Below are positions 9,430 through 18,990 of a stretch of 64,000 nt of DNA, piece after piece (within the stretch, counting starts at the first letter, position 1; every line of letters starts with the position of its first letter). Location: contig JBAWZD010000001.1 of the NCBI GenBank assembly GCA_037143195.1, positions 355,733 through 419,732 of the forward strand. Direction: 5' to 3'. The notes beneath the pieces are model-generated. The model was not told the DNA's origin. It saw nothing but the letters and a program-made list of their open reading frames with translations, and made no database searches. The translations under genes and the position numbers were made by a program. This DNA is from a bacterium. GTDB lineage: Bacteria > Patescibacteriota > Minisyncoccia > Phycocordibacterales > UBA9973.

Positions 9430-10437
9430 TTAACATCCTGTCCCCCCTGCGAGACACCCTACCGTGCTTTTAATAATCGTAGCAAAACCTTCTGCCCCAA
9501 GCACAACCGCAGCACCGATCATGGTATAGAGCAATGCTTGTTTTGCCTCGCCAAGCTTTTCTGCGTTTCCGAGCGCGGTAACAAACAAGAAACCCGAGTA
9601 GAGCATCATAATCACAACGACTGGCGTCAAGAGCAGTGCAACGGCCTTCAAGATCGTCTGAACAAAACTTGGTAAATCCGCACTCCCCTGAATCGGATTA
9701 TCGAGTTTAAAAGCGAGGTTCAAATTGGACTCAATTCCATTTGCAGAAGTTGGGCTCGCATTGGACAATCCTGATTTTGGGGTAACTGGTGTCGTTGTTT
9801 CGCCGACAAGGTCATTTTTTGTTGTCGAATCTGTTCTGGTTACGATGAATGTATACGGAGTATCATTCTTCAGCCCTGGCACTACGATTGGTGACTTTGT
9901 ATCGCTTGCGGTGATGCCACCAGGACTAGCAGTGACCGTGTATGTTGCAGGTGAGCTCCCTGTTGTCGTCGGAAATGTTACTGTTGCTTGTGTGTCTCCG
10001 GCAACGGCAGTAACACTACTCGCTGTCGAGTTGGCAGATTTCGGAGTGAACGGAAGTGACGGTATCGAGTCTGGACTCGAACCCACAGCATTTTTGGCAA
10101 CTACTGTAGCAGTATAGGCGATATCATTTTGCAAGTTTGGCACAGTAAAACTTGTAGTACTAATCGGTGTATAGGTGATATCACCTTTTGACGAATGCGT
10201 TGTTACGACATAAAAATCGGTCGTGAAATTCGCATTCGGGTCGAACGTATACTGTCCAACCACAGAAGTAACTGGGTCAAATGTGATAGTGGCAGTCTGA
10301 TCACCGACTGACGAGACTTTGATATTTTTTGGTGCAGGAGGAACACTCCCAGCAGCAAGCAAAAGTGCTGGTGCAATACTAACACTCAAAACACAAACCA
10401 AAAGCAGGAAACGAATACGGAGTGCTACTTTTTTCAT
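9430..10437 (-). CDS. surface protein with Ig/fibronectin-like N-terminal domains and C-terminal pilin-like two-helix domain (paralog 5)
   Basis: Signal peptide MKKVALRIRFLLLVCVLSVSIAPA (ATG at 10435-10437). Beta-rich repeats (ATITFDPVTSVVGQYTF...). C-terminus MLYSGFLFVTALGNAEKLGEAKQALLYTMIGAAVVLGAEG. Confidence 0.7.
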   Translation of the reverse strand: MKKVALRIRFLLLVCVLSVSIAPALLLAAGSVPPAPKNIKVSSVGDQTATITFDPVTSVVGQYTFDPNANFTTDFYVVTTHSSKGDITYTPISTTSFTVPNLQNDIAYTATVVAKNAVGSSPDSIPSLPFTPKSANSTASSVTAVAGDTQATVTFPTTTGSSPATYTVTASPGGITASDTKSPIVVPGLKNDTPYTFIVTRTDSTTKNDLVGETTTPVTPKSGLSNASPTSANGIESNLNLAFKLDNPIQGSADLPSFVQTILKAVALLLTPVVVIMMLYSGFLFVTALGNAEKLGEAKQALLYTMIGAAVVLGAEGFATIIKSTVGCLAGGTGC

Positions 10438-10471
10438 AGTAAATCTATTATACCAATTTGCCTTATCGACG

Positions 10472-12475
10472 CTAGTAAAATCGTGGGAAACCTGAAACGT
10501 TCGACGGACTAAATTCGTTGTAGCCAAGATGAGTAAGGGTGAATTGCACGATGAGCCAACCACCCATCGCGATAACAAGACCCATGACAGCTTTGATCAT
10601 CATACTCTTTCCTTTTGCAATCGATTCAGCTTTGCCTCCACTCGTGAGAATCAATACGCCAGCCCAGAGCATTACGCCGACCATGATTATGGGAGCAACA
10701 AGATAGAGCAGGAAGCTAATCAAGCGGTTGATGAGTTTCAAAAATTCTTCAAAGTTACATGATTGTACTCCATTGCTCCCTGTATCAGTTGCATCGTTTT
10801 TTCCATTGGTGAGTGGTCCTTTCAATCCACACGTCACCAATGCTCCACCGGTATAACCTGATGTTGCTGAGCCAGTCGCACCGCCTGTCGTATCTGTAAT
10901 CGTTGGAACAGTCGTTGGTGTACTTGAAGATTTTGCTAATGTCAAAAACGTATATGCTGTTGTGTAAACATTTTTACCATCTCCTGACTTGATTTGGTAA
11001 TAATATCCAGTGTTTTCTGTTAATCCGGAAATAGGCGCCGAGTACAGACCAACTTCACCAGAAACAGCTCTGAGAGCAGCTGGAGTTGTCATACTTTTTG
11101 CGTCCTTGCCATAATACGCAGTTGGATTTTCTGAGCCATCAGAAATTTGTGCAAAAATTGTTGCTGATGTGTCTTTTAATTCACTCACGTACGCTGAAGC
11201 ATACACAGGCAATGTTGCAAACGATTCAACGTTCCAAAGTCGAACCTTTGAATCGTTTGGCTTGATTGGAACAAGGTGATACGTGCTTCCCGCTTTCAAG
11301 CCGGTAATCGTAAAACTAAAAGTCTTGTCATTTTGAATTTGTGGAGTTGTTCTCGAATCAAAACTGCCATTCCCTGTCTTGTCGATCAAAAATTGAATTT
11401 CATTTGAAGCAAGTGCCACTTTGCCGACAACAGTCACTTCATTTTGCTTAATATTTTTTATTGAAAGCGATGTAACAACATTTGATACAAGCGTACTATT
11501 CGTAGTATTTGCGTTTGTTATAAATTGCGCTGGATCTGCGAGTGGTTTACCGTCGATAGTCGAAAACGGCTGATAGTAATACGGCGTCCTTTGTGTTAGG
11601 CCCGTAATTCCAGCGTAATATTCAGTGCCGTTCGAAAAACCCGTTACTGATTTCGTAAGCGTGATTCGAGTAGCTCCGTATTTTACAAGTATCGCTGTTG
11701 AAGCGTATGTGCCAGACAACTTAAAATAAAGGTCGACAAAGGTATCCTGCGGAACAACACGAGCTGTTGCAGTCACTGCCCCGATCGTTGTCGTCGTAGT
11801 TGTATTTGTATTTGTCGAGGAACCGATTGCAAACGTCTGGTTCGCTGTAAATGACGCACCGTGGTTTGTAGTCATGCGTACAAAATACGTACCATCAAAT
11901 GCGACATCCGCGGGAAACGGAATCGTGACGGTAAACGAACCATCAGACGCAGGTGAAACTGTGGCTTCATCAGCATTCACATAATCTGCGCTTTTCGAAT
12001 AACTAAGTGACTCAATATCTGGTGATGTCCCCACGATAGTAACGGTTCTACCAATCACGTTCACACTTGATATCGCTGCAACGATAGTCGAGGTGGTAGT
12101 TGTTGTGGTTGTGGTTGTCGTCGAACCAATAACAAACGTCTGTGGCGTAGTCAATGATGTCCCACTGTCTGTCGAGGCGTTCACATAATACGTACCATCG
12201 TAAGCAGCATCAGCAGGAAACGGAATCGTGACGGTGAAAGCGCCTTTTGCATCTGGAGTAATAACTACTGAATCAGCTCCGACAAAACTTTTACTTTTCG
12301 AATAATACAATGTCTCAAGATTGTCCCCTGCTGTTCCAGTAATTTCAACAGTTCGTCCTGTCACGACTATGTTTGTAATCGTTGTTACCGAACCAGCAAA
12401 CACGACACTCGCCGAAAAAAGAATCCCGACAAGTGAGAGTAGCAGTGTGAACAATCGTGTTTTTGAGTAAGTCAT
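10472..12475 (-). CDS. large surface protein (paralog 6) with two tandem ~100-aa repeats, poly-Thr linkers, and a C-terminal pilin-like two-helix domain
   Basis: Signal peptide MTYSKTRLFTLLLSLVGILFSASVVFA. Two tandem repeats (GRTVEITGTAGDNLETLYYSKSKSFVGADSVVITPDAKGAFTVTIPFPADAAYDGTYYV and its paralog), each followed by a T-rich run. C-terminus LYLVAPIIMVGVMLWAGVLILTSGGKAESIAKGKSMMIKAVMGLVIAMGGW. Confidence 0.7.
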   Translation of the reverse strand: MTYSKTRLFTLLLSLVGILFSASVVFAGSVTTITNIVVTGRTVEITGTAGDNLETLYYSKSKSFVGADSVVITPDAKGAFTVTIPFPADAAYDGTYYVNASTDSGTSLTTPQTFVIGSTTTTTTTTTTSTIVAAISSVNVIGRTVTIVGTSPDIESLSYSKSADYVNADEATVSPASDGSFTVTIPFPADVAFDGTYFVRMTTNHGASFTANQTFAIGSSTNTNTTTTTTIGAVTATARVVPQDTFVDLYFKLSGTYASTAILVKYGATRITLTKSVTGFSNGTEYYAGITGLTQRTPYYYQPFSTIDGKPLADPAQFITNANTTNSTLVSNVVTSLSIKNIKQNEVTVVGKVALASNEIQFLIDKTGNGSFDSRTTPQIQNDKTFSFTITGLKAGSTYHLVPIKPNDSKVRLWNVESFATLPVYASAYVSELKDTSATIFAQISDGSENPTAYYGKDAKSMTTPAALRAVSGEVGLYSAPISGLTENTGYYYQIKSGDGKNVYTTAYTFLTLAKSSSTPTTVPTITDTTGGATGSATSGYTGGALVTCGLKGPLTNGKNDATDTGSNGVQSCNFEEFLKLINRLISFLLYLVAPIIMVGVMLWAGVLILTSGGKAESIAKGKSMMIKAVMGLVIAMGGWLIVQFTLTHLGYNEFSPSNVSGFPRFY

Positions 12476-12482
12476 AGTCGTG

Positions 12483-13796
12483 TTAGTTTTTGGTACCAAG
12501 AGCCGTTAATAGCGCACTCGCTTTTGAAAGTGCGGATGATGGGTCGAGCGCTGATGAACTAATATCTTTGATGAGACTTGCAAAAACTTGATCGGACGAT
12601 GCAGGGTTTGGATCAATCCATGACTTTTGGACGAGCTCGGCATTGTACAAGAAACCGAGATATGGGTCAGCAGTTGGCTTGACCGCAAGGACGTCTCGTC
12701 TGGTTGGAATAAGAGAAATGACTCCCCCATATTTTGTAATGAAAGAAGTTTCGTTTGCTGCGTTTGCAAGGAGCGTTGTTGCTGTGTACGAAAGTAGTTG
12801 GTTTGGTGCTGATTTTGGAATAGCAAATCCGTAGGAACGACCAGTCGTCATTGGTAAGCCACTTACACCACTTGGTGGAAGCGCTATACCAAAATTAAGA
12901 TTTGGGTTTTCTGCTCGAATTTGGGGAAGCTCACTCGCAGTTCCAAAGTAATACGCGAGATTACTCTGTGCAAACGCTTCGCGGTCGAGTGGCTGACCGG
13001 CATTCCATGAATACGTGCTGTTAATCGGATTTGAGAATCCCATATAAAACTGCATCGCTGCTATCGAAGCATCACTTTCTGTTTTTGTTGCCGAGGTACC
13101 GAATCGAGCCGCAAGCGATCCGTTTGACTGCGTAATGAATGGACTTCCACTTTGCATAAACAAGAGCGCGAGAATATCTTTTGGGTGCGCGATATTTTTG
13201 TATGTACCCATCGCAGTACCGCTTTGTACCAAAGTAAGATCGGAGCGTTTTTTTGTTAGGAGCGGAATACTGTCCACAAACTGTTGCCATGTAGCTGGTG
13301 GTTGTGCATATCCGATTGCCGATAAGAAATCTCGATTGTAATAGAGCACGAGTGGATCAGCTACCCACGGCACAGCGATAGTGCCATCCGTAGCCGAAAA
13401 AATATTTGCGCTATCAGCAAACGTCGATGTAAATGTAGCCGCTGGAAGTGAAGCAAACGGAATGTGCGTCAACTTGTCTTGGAAACGCCAGAGAAGATTG
13501 TCTGGGAGAAGCACGAGGTCTGGTGGCGTTCCGTTTGCGAGTGCTTCAATCAGACTCGTGTCAAAAGTTGCGGGGTCCTTTTGCACATAGGCAATATGAA
13601 TATCTTTGCTTTGGTTGTTGAAATCAGAAATAAAACCGGAGAGTGCTTGTTGATCGAGCGTACCCCAGATCGTCGCAGTACCCGTGACTGTCGTAGTCGT
13701 GCTTCCTCCAACGTTGATAATACCCGAAAATACAAGGAGTCCTCCGACCGCCCCAGCAACGAATATTCCGATAAAAATGATTTTGAAATTCGACAT
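12483..13796 (-). CDS. membrane-anchored extracellular solute-binding protein (ABC transporter SBP family 1-like)
   Basis: N-terminal TM anchor. About 400-aa periplasmic-binding-fold region with an SBP_bac_1-like signature. First gene of the co-directional operon that continues into the pilin-like array. Confidence 0.55.
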   Translation of the reverse strand: MSNFKIIFIGIFVAGAVGGLLVFSGIINVGGSTTTTVTGTATIWGTLDQQALSGFISDFNNQSKDIHIAYVQKDPATFDTSLIEALANGTPPDLVLLPDNLLWRFQDKLTHIPFASLPAATFTSTFADSANIFSATDGTIAVPWVADPLVLYYNRDFLSAIGYAQPPATWQQFVDSIPLLTKKRSDLTLVQSGTAMGTYKNIAHPKDILALLFMQSGSPFITQSNGSLAARFGTSATKTESDASIAAMQFYMGFSNPINSTYSWNAGQPLDREAFAQSNLAYYFGTASELPQIRAENPNLNFGIALPPSGVSGLPMTTGRSYGFAIPKSAPNQLLSYTATTLLANAANETSFITKYGGVISLIPTRRDVLAVKPTADPYLGFLYNAELVQKSWIDPNPASSDQVFASLIKDISSSALDPSSALSKASALLTALGTKN

Positions 13797-13820
13797 GAGA
13801 TAGGTGGTCAGAGTTAGAAA

Positions 13821-14345
13821 CTATGTTCGCACTAATATCATACCATAATGCATATCACCTGCGTCGATATCACGCTCTTTTTGAAAGCCATGACGACGAA
13901 AGAGTGCAAGCGCCATGTCACTTGTCACTTTGTGTTTCGCATGCGGACCACCGGCAACATCGTGGCGCCACTCAACGAGCAATACTTTTCCTCCTGGACG
14001 AAGCAGACGCTTCACTTCCTGAACAAACGCATCTCGATCATCAACTTGGAAAAATATATTTGTTGCAATCACTCGATCAATCGTTTCTCCTGCAAGCGGA
14101 ACACCTGTCAGACGAGAAACATCACCCCAAAGAGTATGGATATTTGTAAGTCCTCCCGTGCGAGCTTCTGTCACGAGACGAGAAAGCATTTCTTTTTCGA
14201 TATCAACTGCAAACAAACGTCCTCCTTCGAGTCGTTTTGCCGCGGCGAGTGCAAAATGTCCAGCACCACTTCCTAAATCAGCGACATGTTGCGTGCCGTA
14301 AACTCCAAACTGTTTGAGAGCGTCATCTGGATCAAGAAATTTCAC
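13821..14345 (-). CDS. class I SAM-dependent methyltransferase
   Basis: Motif I VADLGSGAGHFALAAA, motif post-I LFAVDIEKEM, and PGGKVLLVEW. Confidence 0.8.
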   Translation of the reverse strand: MKFLDPDDALKQFGVYGTQHVADLGSGAGHFALAAAKRLEGGRLFAVDIEKEMLSRLVTEARTGGLTNIHTLWGDVSRLTGVPLAGETIDRVIATNIFFQVDDRDAFVQEVKRLLRPGGKVLLVEWRHDVAGGPHAKHKVTSDMALALFRRHGFQKERDIDAGDMHYGMILVRT

Positions 14346-14377
14346 ATATAAATTATAGCAATTAATTTGTGTTTACT

Positions 14378-14518
14378 CAAAGCGAGGGTGCAAAAAATAC
14401 AAAATGCCTTTTCAAAGTACTCGCGGAGCGCGACGGCGCGAGCGTGAGGCGAAAATCCTTCAGGATTTTACGCCGGTACTTTGAAAAGGCATTTTGTATT
14501 TTTTGCACCCTTGCTTTG
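14378..14518. repeat. long perfect hairpin (about 43-bp stem) enclosing a conserved ~55-nt core; copy A of a two-copy element
   Basis: 5' arm aaagcgagggtgcaaaaaatacaaaatgccttttcaaagtac, 3' arm gtactttgaaaaggcattttgtattttttgcacccttgcttt. Core tcgCGGAGCGCGACGGCGCGAGcgtgAGGCGAAAATCCTTCAGGATTTTACGCCG (capitals shared with copy B at 21237-21291). Lies between the gyrA stop and the methyltransferase start. Confidence 0.8.
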
Positions 14519-14521
14519 ATA

Positions 14522-16996
14522 TTACAAACAAGTGATTGATGCCACTTTGTCTCCAGCACGAAGCTTCATGATCGAGACACCTTGAGTTTGTCGTCCGAGT
14601 TTTGAGACTGAATCAAGCGCTGTACGAATGACCTGTCCCTTCTGACTCATCGCAATGAGCTCTGCTTCATCAGTAATGACCTTGGCCATAATGAGATCAC
14701 CGGTCTTTGGAGTGACTTTCGCAGTCTTGATTCCAGAACCTCCGCGCTTTTGCACTTTGTATTCTTTGAGTGGAGTTTTCTTTCCGAGTCCGTTTGCACT
14801 CATGACGAGCAACATCGCAACATCACGTGTTTCTTTTTTGACGATATCGAATCCAACAATGAGATCACCCTTGCCGAGTTTCATTGCGCGGACACCACCT
14901 GCAGTGCGTCCCATCTCACGAACATCAGCTTCCTTGAATCGGACACTCTGGCCCTTTGCCGTCGCAAGCATGATTTCATCTCCTTTTTCAACGAGACTTG
15001 CGCCACGGAGACTGTCGTTCTTGTCGAGGTTGATTGCGATGATGCCACTGCGACGAACATCGGCGAATTGTTTCGAACTCATTTTCTTTCCTGTTCCATT
15101 TTCAGTCATCAAGAAAAGATATTGCTCCTTGCCTTTTTCTGATTTTGAAACAGGGAGAATACTCATGACACGCTCGCCATCAGCGAGAGAAATGAAGTTC
15201 ATTACAGACTTCCCTTTCGTCGCGCGCTTTCCTTCTGGAATATCATACATTTTGATTTGATATGCCTTTCCGAGGTTTGTAAAGAAGAGCAAATCATCAT
15301 GTGTGTTTGCAGACAAGAGAATTGTGACAAAATCTTCTTCCTTGGTCTCAAGGTCAACAACGCCAACACCTCCACGCTTTTGTGAGCGGTATTCAGCCGG
15401 ATCAGTGCGCTTCACATAGCCACCTTCGGTAAAGACGAGCATCGATTCTTTTTCCGGAATCAGATCTTCGTCAGTGATTTCTTTGACGCCACCTTTTACG
15501 ACGCGAGTTTTGCGATCATCGCCGTACTTTTCTTTCATTTCACCAAGCTCTTTGCCAATGACTGCAAGCATGCGTTTTGGACTTGCAAGAATCGCTTTGA
15601 GTTCGGCAATCAAATCCTGTTTCTCCTTGAGTTCTTGTTCGACTTGTTTGCGTTCAAGACCCGCGAGTTTTTGCAAACGCATTTCAAGAATAGCAGTTGC
15701 TTGCAAATCGGAGAATTTAAACTCCTTCATAAGATTGAATTTTGCAATTGCTGCGTCTTTTGAGGCGCGGATAACAGAGATAACGCGGTCGATGTGGTCG
15801 AGTGCCTTCTTGAGACCGAGCAAAATGTGCTCGCGTTCTTCTGCCTTGCGGAGATCGTATGCAGTGCGACGCTTCACGACGTCTTTGCGGTGCTTGATGA
15901 ACTCGTCGAGAATGCCCTTGAGTGAGAGTGTCTGAGGTACGCCATCAACGAGCGCAACCATGTTGAAGTGGAAAGCTTGTTCGAGCTGAGTGTGACGATA
16001 CAGATAGTTGAGGACTTTTTGTGGGAAGACTCCTGTCTTCAAATCAATCACGACGCGGATGTCTTTGGTCGATTCATCGCGGAGACCTTTGATACCTTCA
16101 ATTTTTTTCTCTTGCGCAAGTTCGGCAATACTCTGAATGAGGTTTGATTTGTTGACGCGATATGGGATAGACGTGATGACGATCTGTGAGAGTCCAGCTT
16201 TCTGCTCGACAATTTCTGCTTCTCCACGACAGACGACGCCACCGCGGCCACTTGAGTACGCATGAAGCATATCCTTTGAACCGTAGACGAGTCCGCCCGT
16301 TGGAAAATCCGGACCTTTGACGAATTGCATGAGGTCTTCTGTTGTCGCCTCTTCGTTTTCGATGAGGTGCAATGTCGCATCAACAATCTCAGTGAGATTG
16401 TGTGGAGCAATGTTCGTCGCCATACCAACGGCGATTCCAAGCGTTCCATTGATGAGCAAGTTTGGTACGCCAGCGGGAAGCACGATCGGCTCTTTGAGCG
16501 TCGCGTCGTAGTTTGGACGGAAGTCGACGGTCTCCTTTTCGAGATCTTTCAAAAGATCATTCGAAAGTTTTGACATCTTGGCCTCGGTATAACGCATCGC
16601 AGCAGCGTTGTCGCCGTCGATCGAACCGAAGTTACCTTGTCCGATAATGAGCGGATAGCGGAGAGAGAAATCTTGAGCCATTCCCACCATCGAATCATAC
16701 ACAGCGGTATCACCGTGTGGGTGGTATTTTCCGAGCACATCTCCCACCACTGCAGCAGATTTCTTGGTCTTCGCGCTTGAAGTGAGACCCATCTCATGCA
16801 TCGCATAGAGAATACGGCGGTGCACTGGCTTCAAGCCGTCGCGGACATCAGGAAGCGCACGAGCTGTAATAACAGACATCGCGTAACTAATGTATGAAGT
16901 TCGCATTTCAGTACTAATACCAATCGGAACGACTGAAACGTGCGGAATCTTCGGAATCTCTTCGGATGCTTCGGTTTTGCCAGTTTTTTTAGCCAT
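14522..16996 (-). CDS. gyrA: DNA gyrase subunit A
   Basis: 824 aa. Active-site region AAMRYTEA, GyrA-box-type C-terminal beta-pinwheel, and QRRGGxG repeats ([11 protein letters not shown]). Confidence 0.97.
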   Translation of the reverse strand: MAKKTGKTEASEEIPKIPHVSVVPIGISTEMRTSYISYAMSVITARALPDVRDGLKPVHRRILYAMHEMGLTSSAKTKKSAAVVGDVLGKYHPHGDTAVYDSMVGMAQDFSLRYPLIIGQGNFGSIDGDNAAAMRYTEAKMSKLSNDLLKDLEKETVDFRPNYDATLKEPIVLPAGVPNLLINGTLGIAVGMATNIAPHNLTEIVDATLHLIENEEATTEDLMQFVKGPDFPTGGLVYGSKDMLHAYSSGRGGVVCRGEAEIVEQKAGLSQIVITSIPYRVNKSNLIQSIAELAQEKKIEGIKGLRDESTKDIRVVIDLKTGVFPQKVLNYLYRHTQLEQAFHFNMVALVDGVPQTLSLKGILDEFIKHRKDVVKRRTAYDLRKAEEREHILLGLKKALDHIDRVISVIRASKDAAIAKFNLMKEFKFSDLQATAILEMRLQKLAGLERKQVEQELKEKQDLIAELKAILASPKRMLAVIGKELGEMKEKYGDDRKTRVVKGGVKEITDEDLIPEKESMLVFTEGGYVKRTDPAEYRSQKRGGVGVVDLETKEEDFVTILLSANTHDDLLFFTNLGKAYQIKMYDIPEGKRATKGKSVMNFISLADGERVMSILPVSKSEKGKEQYLFLMTENGTGKKMSSKQFADVRRSGIIAINLDKNDSLRGASLVEKGDEIMLATAKGQSVRFKEADVREMGRTAGGVRAMKLGKGDLIVGFDIVKKETRDVAMLLVMSANGLGKKTPLKEYKVQKRGGSGIKTAKVTPKTGDLIMAKVITDEAELIAMSQKGQVIRTALDSVSKLGRQTQGVSIMKLRAGDKVASITCL

Positions 16997-17034
16997 GTAG
17001 GGATAAATATATCACACGCACACTGTTAAATCTA

Positions 17035-17331
17035 TTATTGGTTTCCTGCGCTCGTAGCCGGAGACAAACTTGCTGGAACTCCGTGCAGTTGCTCGAACGA
17101 AGGAACGGAAAAAGTTTTTTGGTATGTGGTGTCATTCACCGTATCCTTCACATTTCCAACGACACTATTTACAAAACCGATACGGGTCTGACTTTCTGCG
17201 CGAAATGTCGCATACCAAATCGTAAGCACGATCGGAGTGAGCACGGCCATCGCAAGGACCAAATATCGCTCGCGAATATGTTGCGGTTTTTGACGAATCG
17301 AATGTATTTTTTTTGAAATTGCTTGTTGCAT
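17035..17331 (-). CDS. hypothetical small membrane protein
   Basis: 98 aa, one TM helix (YLVLAMAVLTPIVLTIWYATF). Start overlaps the stop of the upstream gene (translational coupling). Confidence 0.5.
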   Translation of the reverse strand: MQQAISKKIHSIRQKPQHIRERYLVLAMAVLTPIVLTIWYATFRAESQTRIGFVNSVVGNVKDTVNDTTYQKTFSVPSFEQLHGVPASLSPATSAGNQ

Positions 17332-17948
17332 TAGTTTGCAAGAAGAACGATTACTTCGCCTTCTTTCGCTTCAATTTCTTTTCGACGAATCGTGAGCTTG
17401 TCGAGCGGTTCTACTTTTTCTTCACCGGCTTCCTTGAGGAATGTCTTGAGTGATTCAGCAGTGTAATCCATTGGAATGATGATTTTGGGTTCGATTGCTA
17501 CAGAGATCTTGTTTGCTGCTGCTGCGCCGAGCGTGTTGATCGGAACAAAAAGAATGTCACAGTTGTTGAGGACTTCCATTTGAGATGCGAGGAGGGGTTT
17601 GTCGATTGGTCCAAGGAAACCGAGTTTTGTATCTTCGAAAATGAGCGAGTATACGGCAGTGTTGTATTCTTTGCCGTCGATTGTCGTCATTGTCCCCTTG
17701 CCTTGCACAGTAACCCCCGCGTGTTCATATTCACCTGGACCCGTCACACAAAATGGAACAGTCTCGCCATAGGTCACGCGATCAAAACCAGTGAAGTCAG
17801 GATGGTTCGTGGTCGAAATCGCAAGCACCGAACCGAATCGAGCTGCATCTTTGCCGTTTTTGCCATCCTTTGATGGTGGGTTGATTGCGATAGCAGTATC
17901 GCCTTGTGCAATTTTGAAAAATTGGTTGCCGTAGTACGTGATAATCAT
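17331..17948 (-). CDS. MBL-fold metallo-hydrolase-like protein (Lactamase_B_3-like)
   Basis: 205 aa. N-terminal MIITYYGNQFFKI..GDTAIAINP pattern typical of small beta-lactamase-fold hydrolases. The metal-binding motif is not clearly canonical. Confidence 0.5.
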   Translation of the reverse strand: MIITYYGNQFFKIAQGDTAIAINPPSKDGKNGKDAARFGSVLAISTTNHPDFTGFDRVTYGETVPFCVTGPGEYEHAGVTVQGKGTMTTIDGKEYNTAVYSLIFEDTKLGFLGPIDKPLLASQMEVLNNCDILFVPINTLGAAAANKISVAIEPKIIIPMDYTAESLKTFLKEAGEEKVEPLDKLTIRRKEIEAKEGEVIVLLAN

Positions 17949-18065
17949 GTGACTACTATACTAAATTTGAGCAAATAAAAAAAGCGATTGTTAAAAATGG
18001 GTCTCGAGGCAAAGAAATAGCCCACAATTGCTGTGAGCTTTTCCTTCAATATTTTTTACGTTTTT

Positions 18066-18758
18066 TTACTTGGTGTAATCCAAGGGGACAACCCGATGAC
18101 CTTCGTCCTCGTTCATAATTACAAACTTCATACCCTTGGGAATGATAATTTTCATTTTGTTTTTTACAGAATCGTACCTCCTTGGGAGAGAGTAGCAATC
18201 CGCGTAAAGCTCTGCCTCAAGAGGAGTCATCTTAAAGGTCTTACAGAGTGAACCTCCACTCGGCATAACAAAGACTGAATCTTTTCCGTCGTTGTCGCAC
18301 GGTGCGTATTCTACTTCCTGCAATTCGGAATTAGAATCAGATACTGAAGTAAAACTTCCGCGCTCGAAATACGTGGAAATTGTATGAATGTCATTTGCTA
18401 GTGAGCAAAAAACACTCACGCCAACAAAACCAATAGCGATAAACACCCGCCACTCGCTGGCAGCAAAAGGAGTAATCGCATCCCCCTTTTTTTGTAATCC
18501 TACCCTAGCCCCAAAAAGGAGCACCAGGTAGAAGATACCTTTCAGTATCCCCCAACTGATCCCAAGCTGGTCGGGGTTCGTCATCGTTACCGATGATGAC
18601 AAAAAGAGAGAGGCGCTTGCAACCTCAAAGGTTCTCCAAGCTGCAAACCGCCACCGAGAATTGGTGACGAAACGAAGGATTACAATACTTGCGCCCAATA
18701 ATCCGAGCGCTGTCCAGATTACGGCTGGTGCCGACAAAAAAGTTGTGAACTTTGTCAT
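18066..18758 (-). CDS. hypothetical polytopic membrane protein with a C-terminal soluble domain
   Basis: 230 aa, four predicted TM helices, Cys-containing C-terminal domain. Confidence 0.5.
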   Translation of the reverse strand: MTKFTTFLSAPAVIWTALGLLGASIVILRFVTNSRWRFAAWRTFEVASASLFLSSSVTMTNPDQLGISWGILKGIFYLVLLFGARVGLQKKGDAITPFAASEWRVFIAIGFVGVSVFCSLANDIHTISTYFERGSFTSVSDSNSELQEVEYAPCDNDGKDSVFVMPSGGSLCKTFKMTPLEAELYADCYSLPRRYDSVKNKMKIIIPKGMKFVIMNEDEGHRVVPLDYTK

Positions 18759-18960
18759 ACTAAGACAGTTTTTAAAAATTAGAAAATGGTTTGAACTTAT
18801 TCAAACATATTATGCCATACAATGTCAAGTAGCCAAAAACCCCTATATATAGTAGTATCGGTCCATTACCAGTCGGATCTGAGCGAGCCTGTAAAGGCGA
18901 GCGAAGACATCCTCACGGAGAATAACCCTCGCGGAATACCGCGAAACCTCCATGAGTACT

Positions 18961-18982
18961 CCGCATTAGGCGGATTTTTTTA
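18961..18982 (+). terminator. hairpin plus T-run immediately upstream of the rpsA start (leader attenuator, or terminator of an upstream small RNA)
   Basis: ctccgc atta ggcgga ttttttt, ending 9 nt before the rpsA ATG. The preceding ~130 nt are GC-rich and noncoding. Confidence 0.45.
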
Positions 18983-18990
18983 TACCAATT

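Noticed and set aside
14421-14475. Hammerhead/twister-type self-cleaving ribozyme in the conserved hairpin core
   Set aside because: No CUGAUGA…GAAA hammerhead core or other ribozyme consensus that I can recognise. Kept only as a generic structured-RNA candidate.
14655-15260. 201-aa plus-strand ORF inside gyrA
   Set aside because: Antisense to conserved GyrA C-terminal repeats.
18850-18990. SRP (4.5S) RNA or 6S RNA upstream of rpsA
   Set aside because: Lacks the conserved SRP domain IV motif (GGAAGCAGCCAAGG-like) and does not fit the 6S hairpin. Retained only as an unclassified leader or sRNA candidate.
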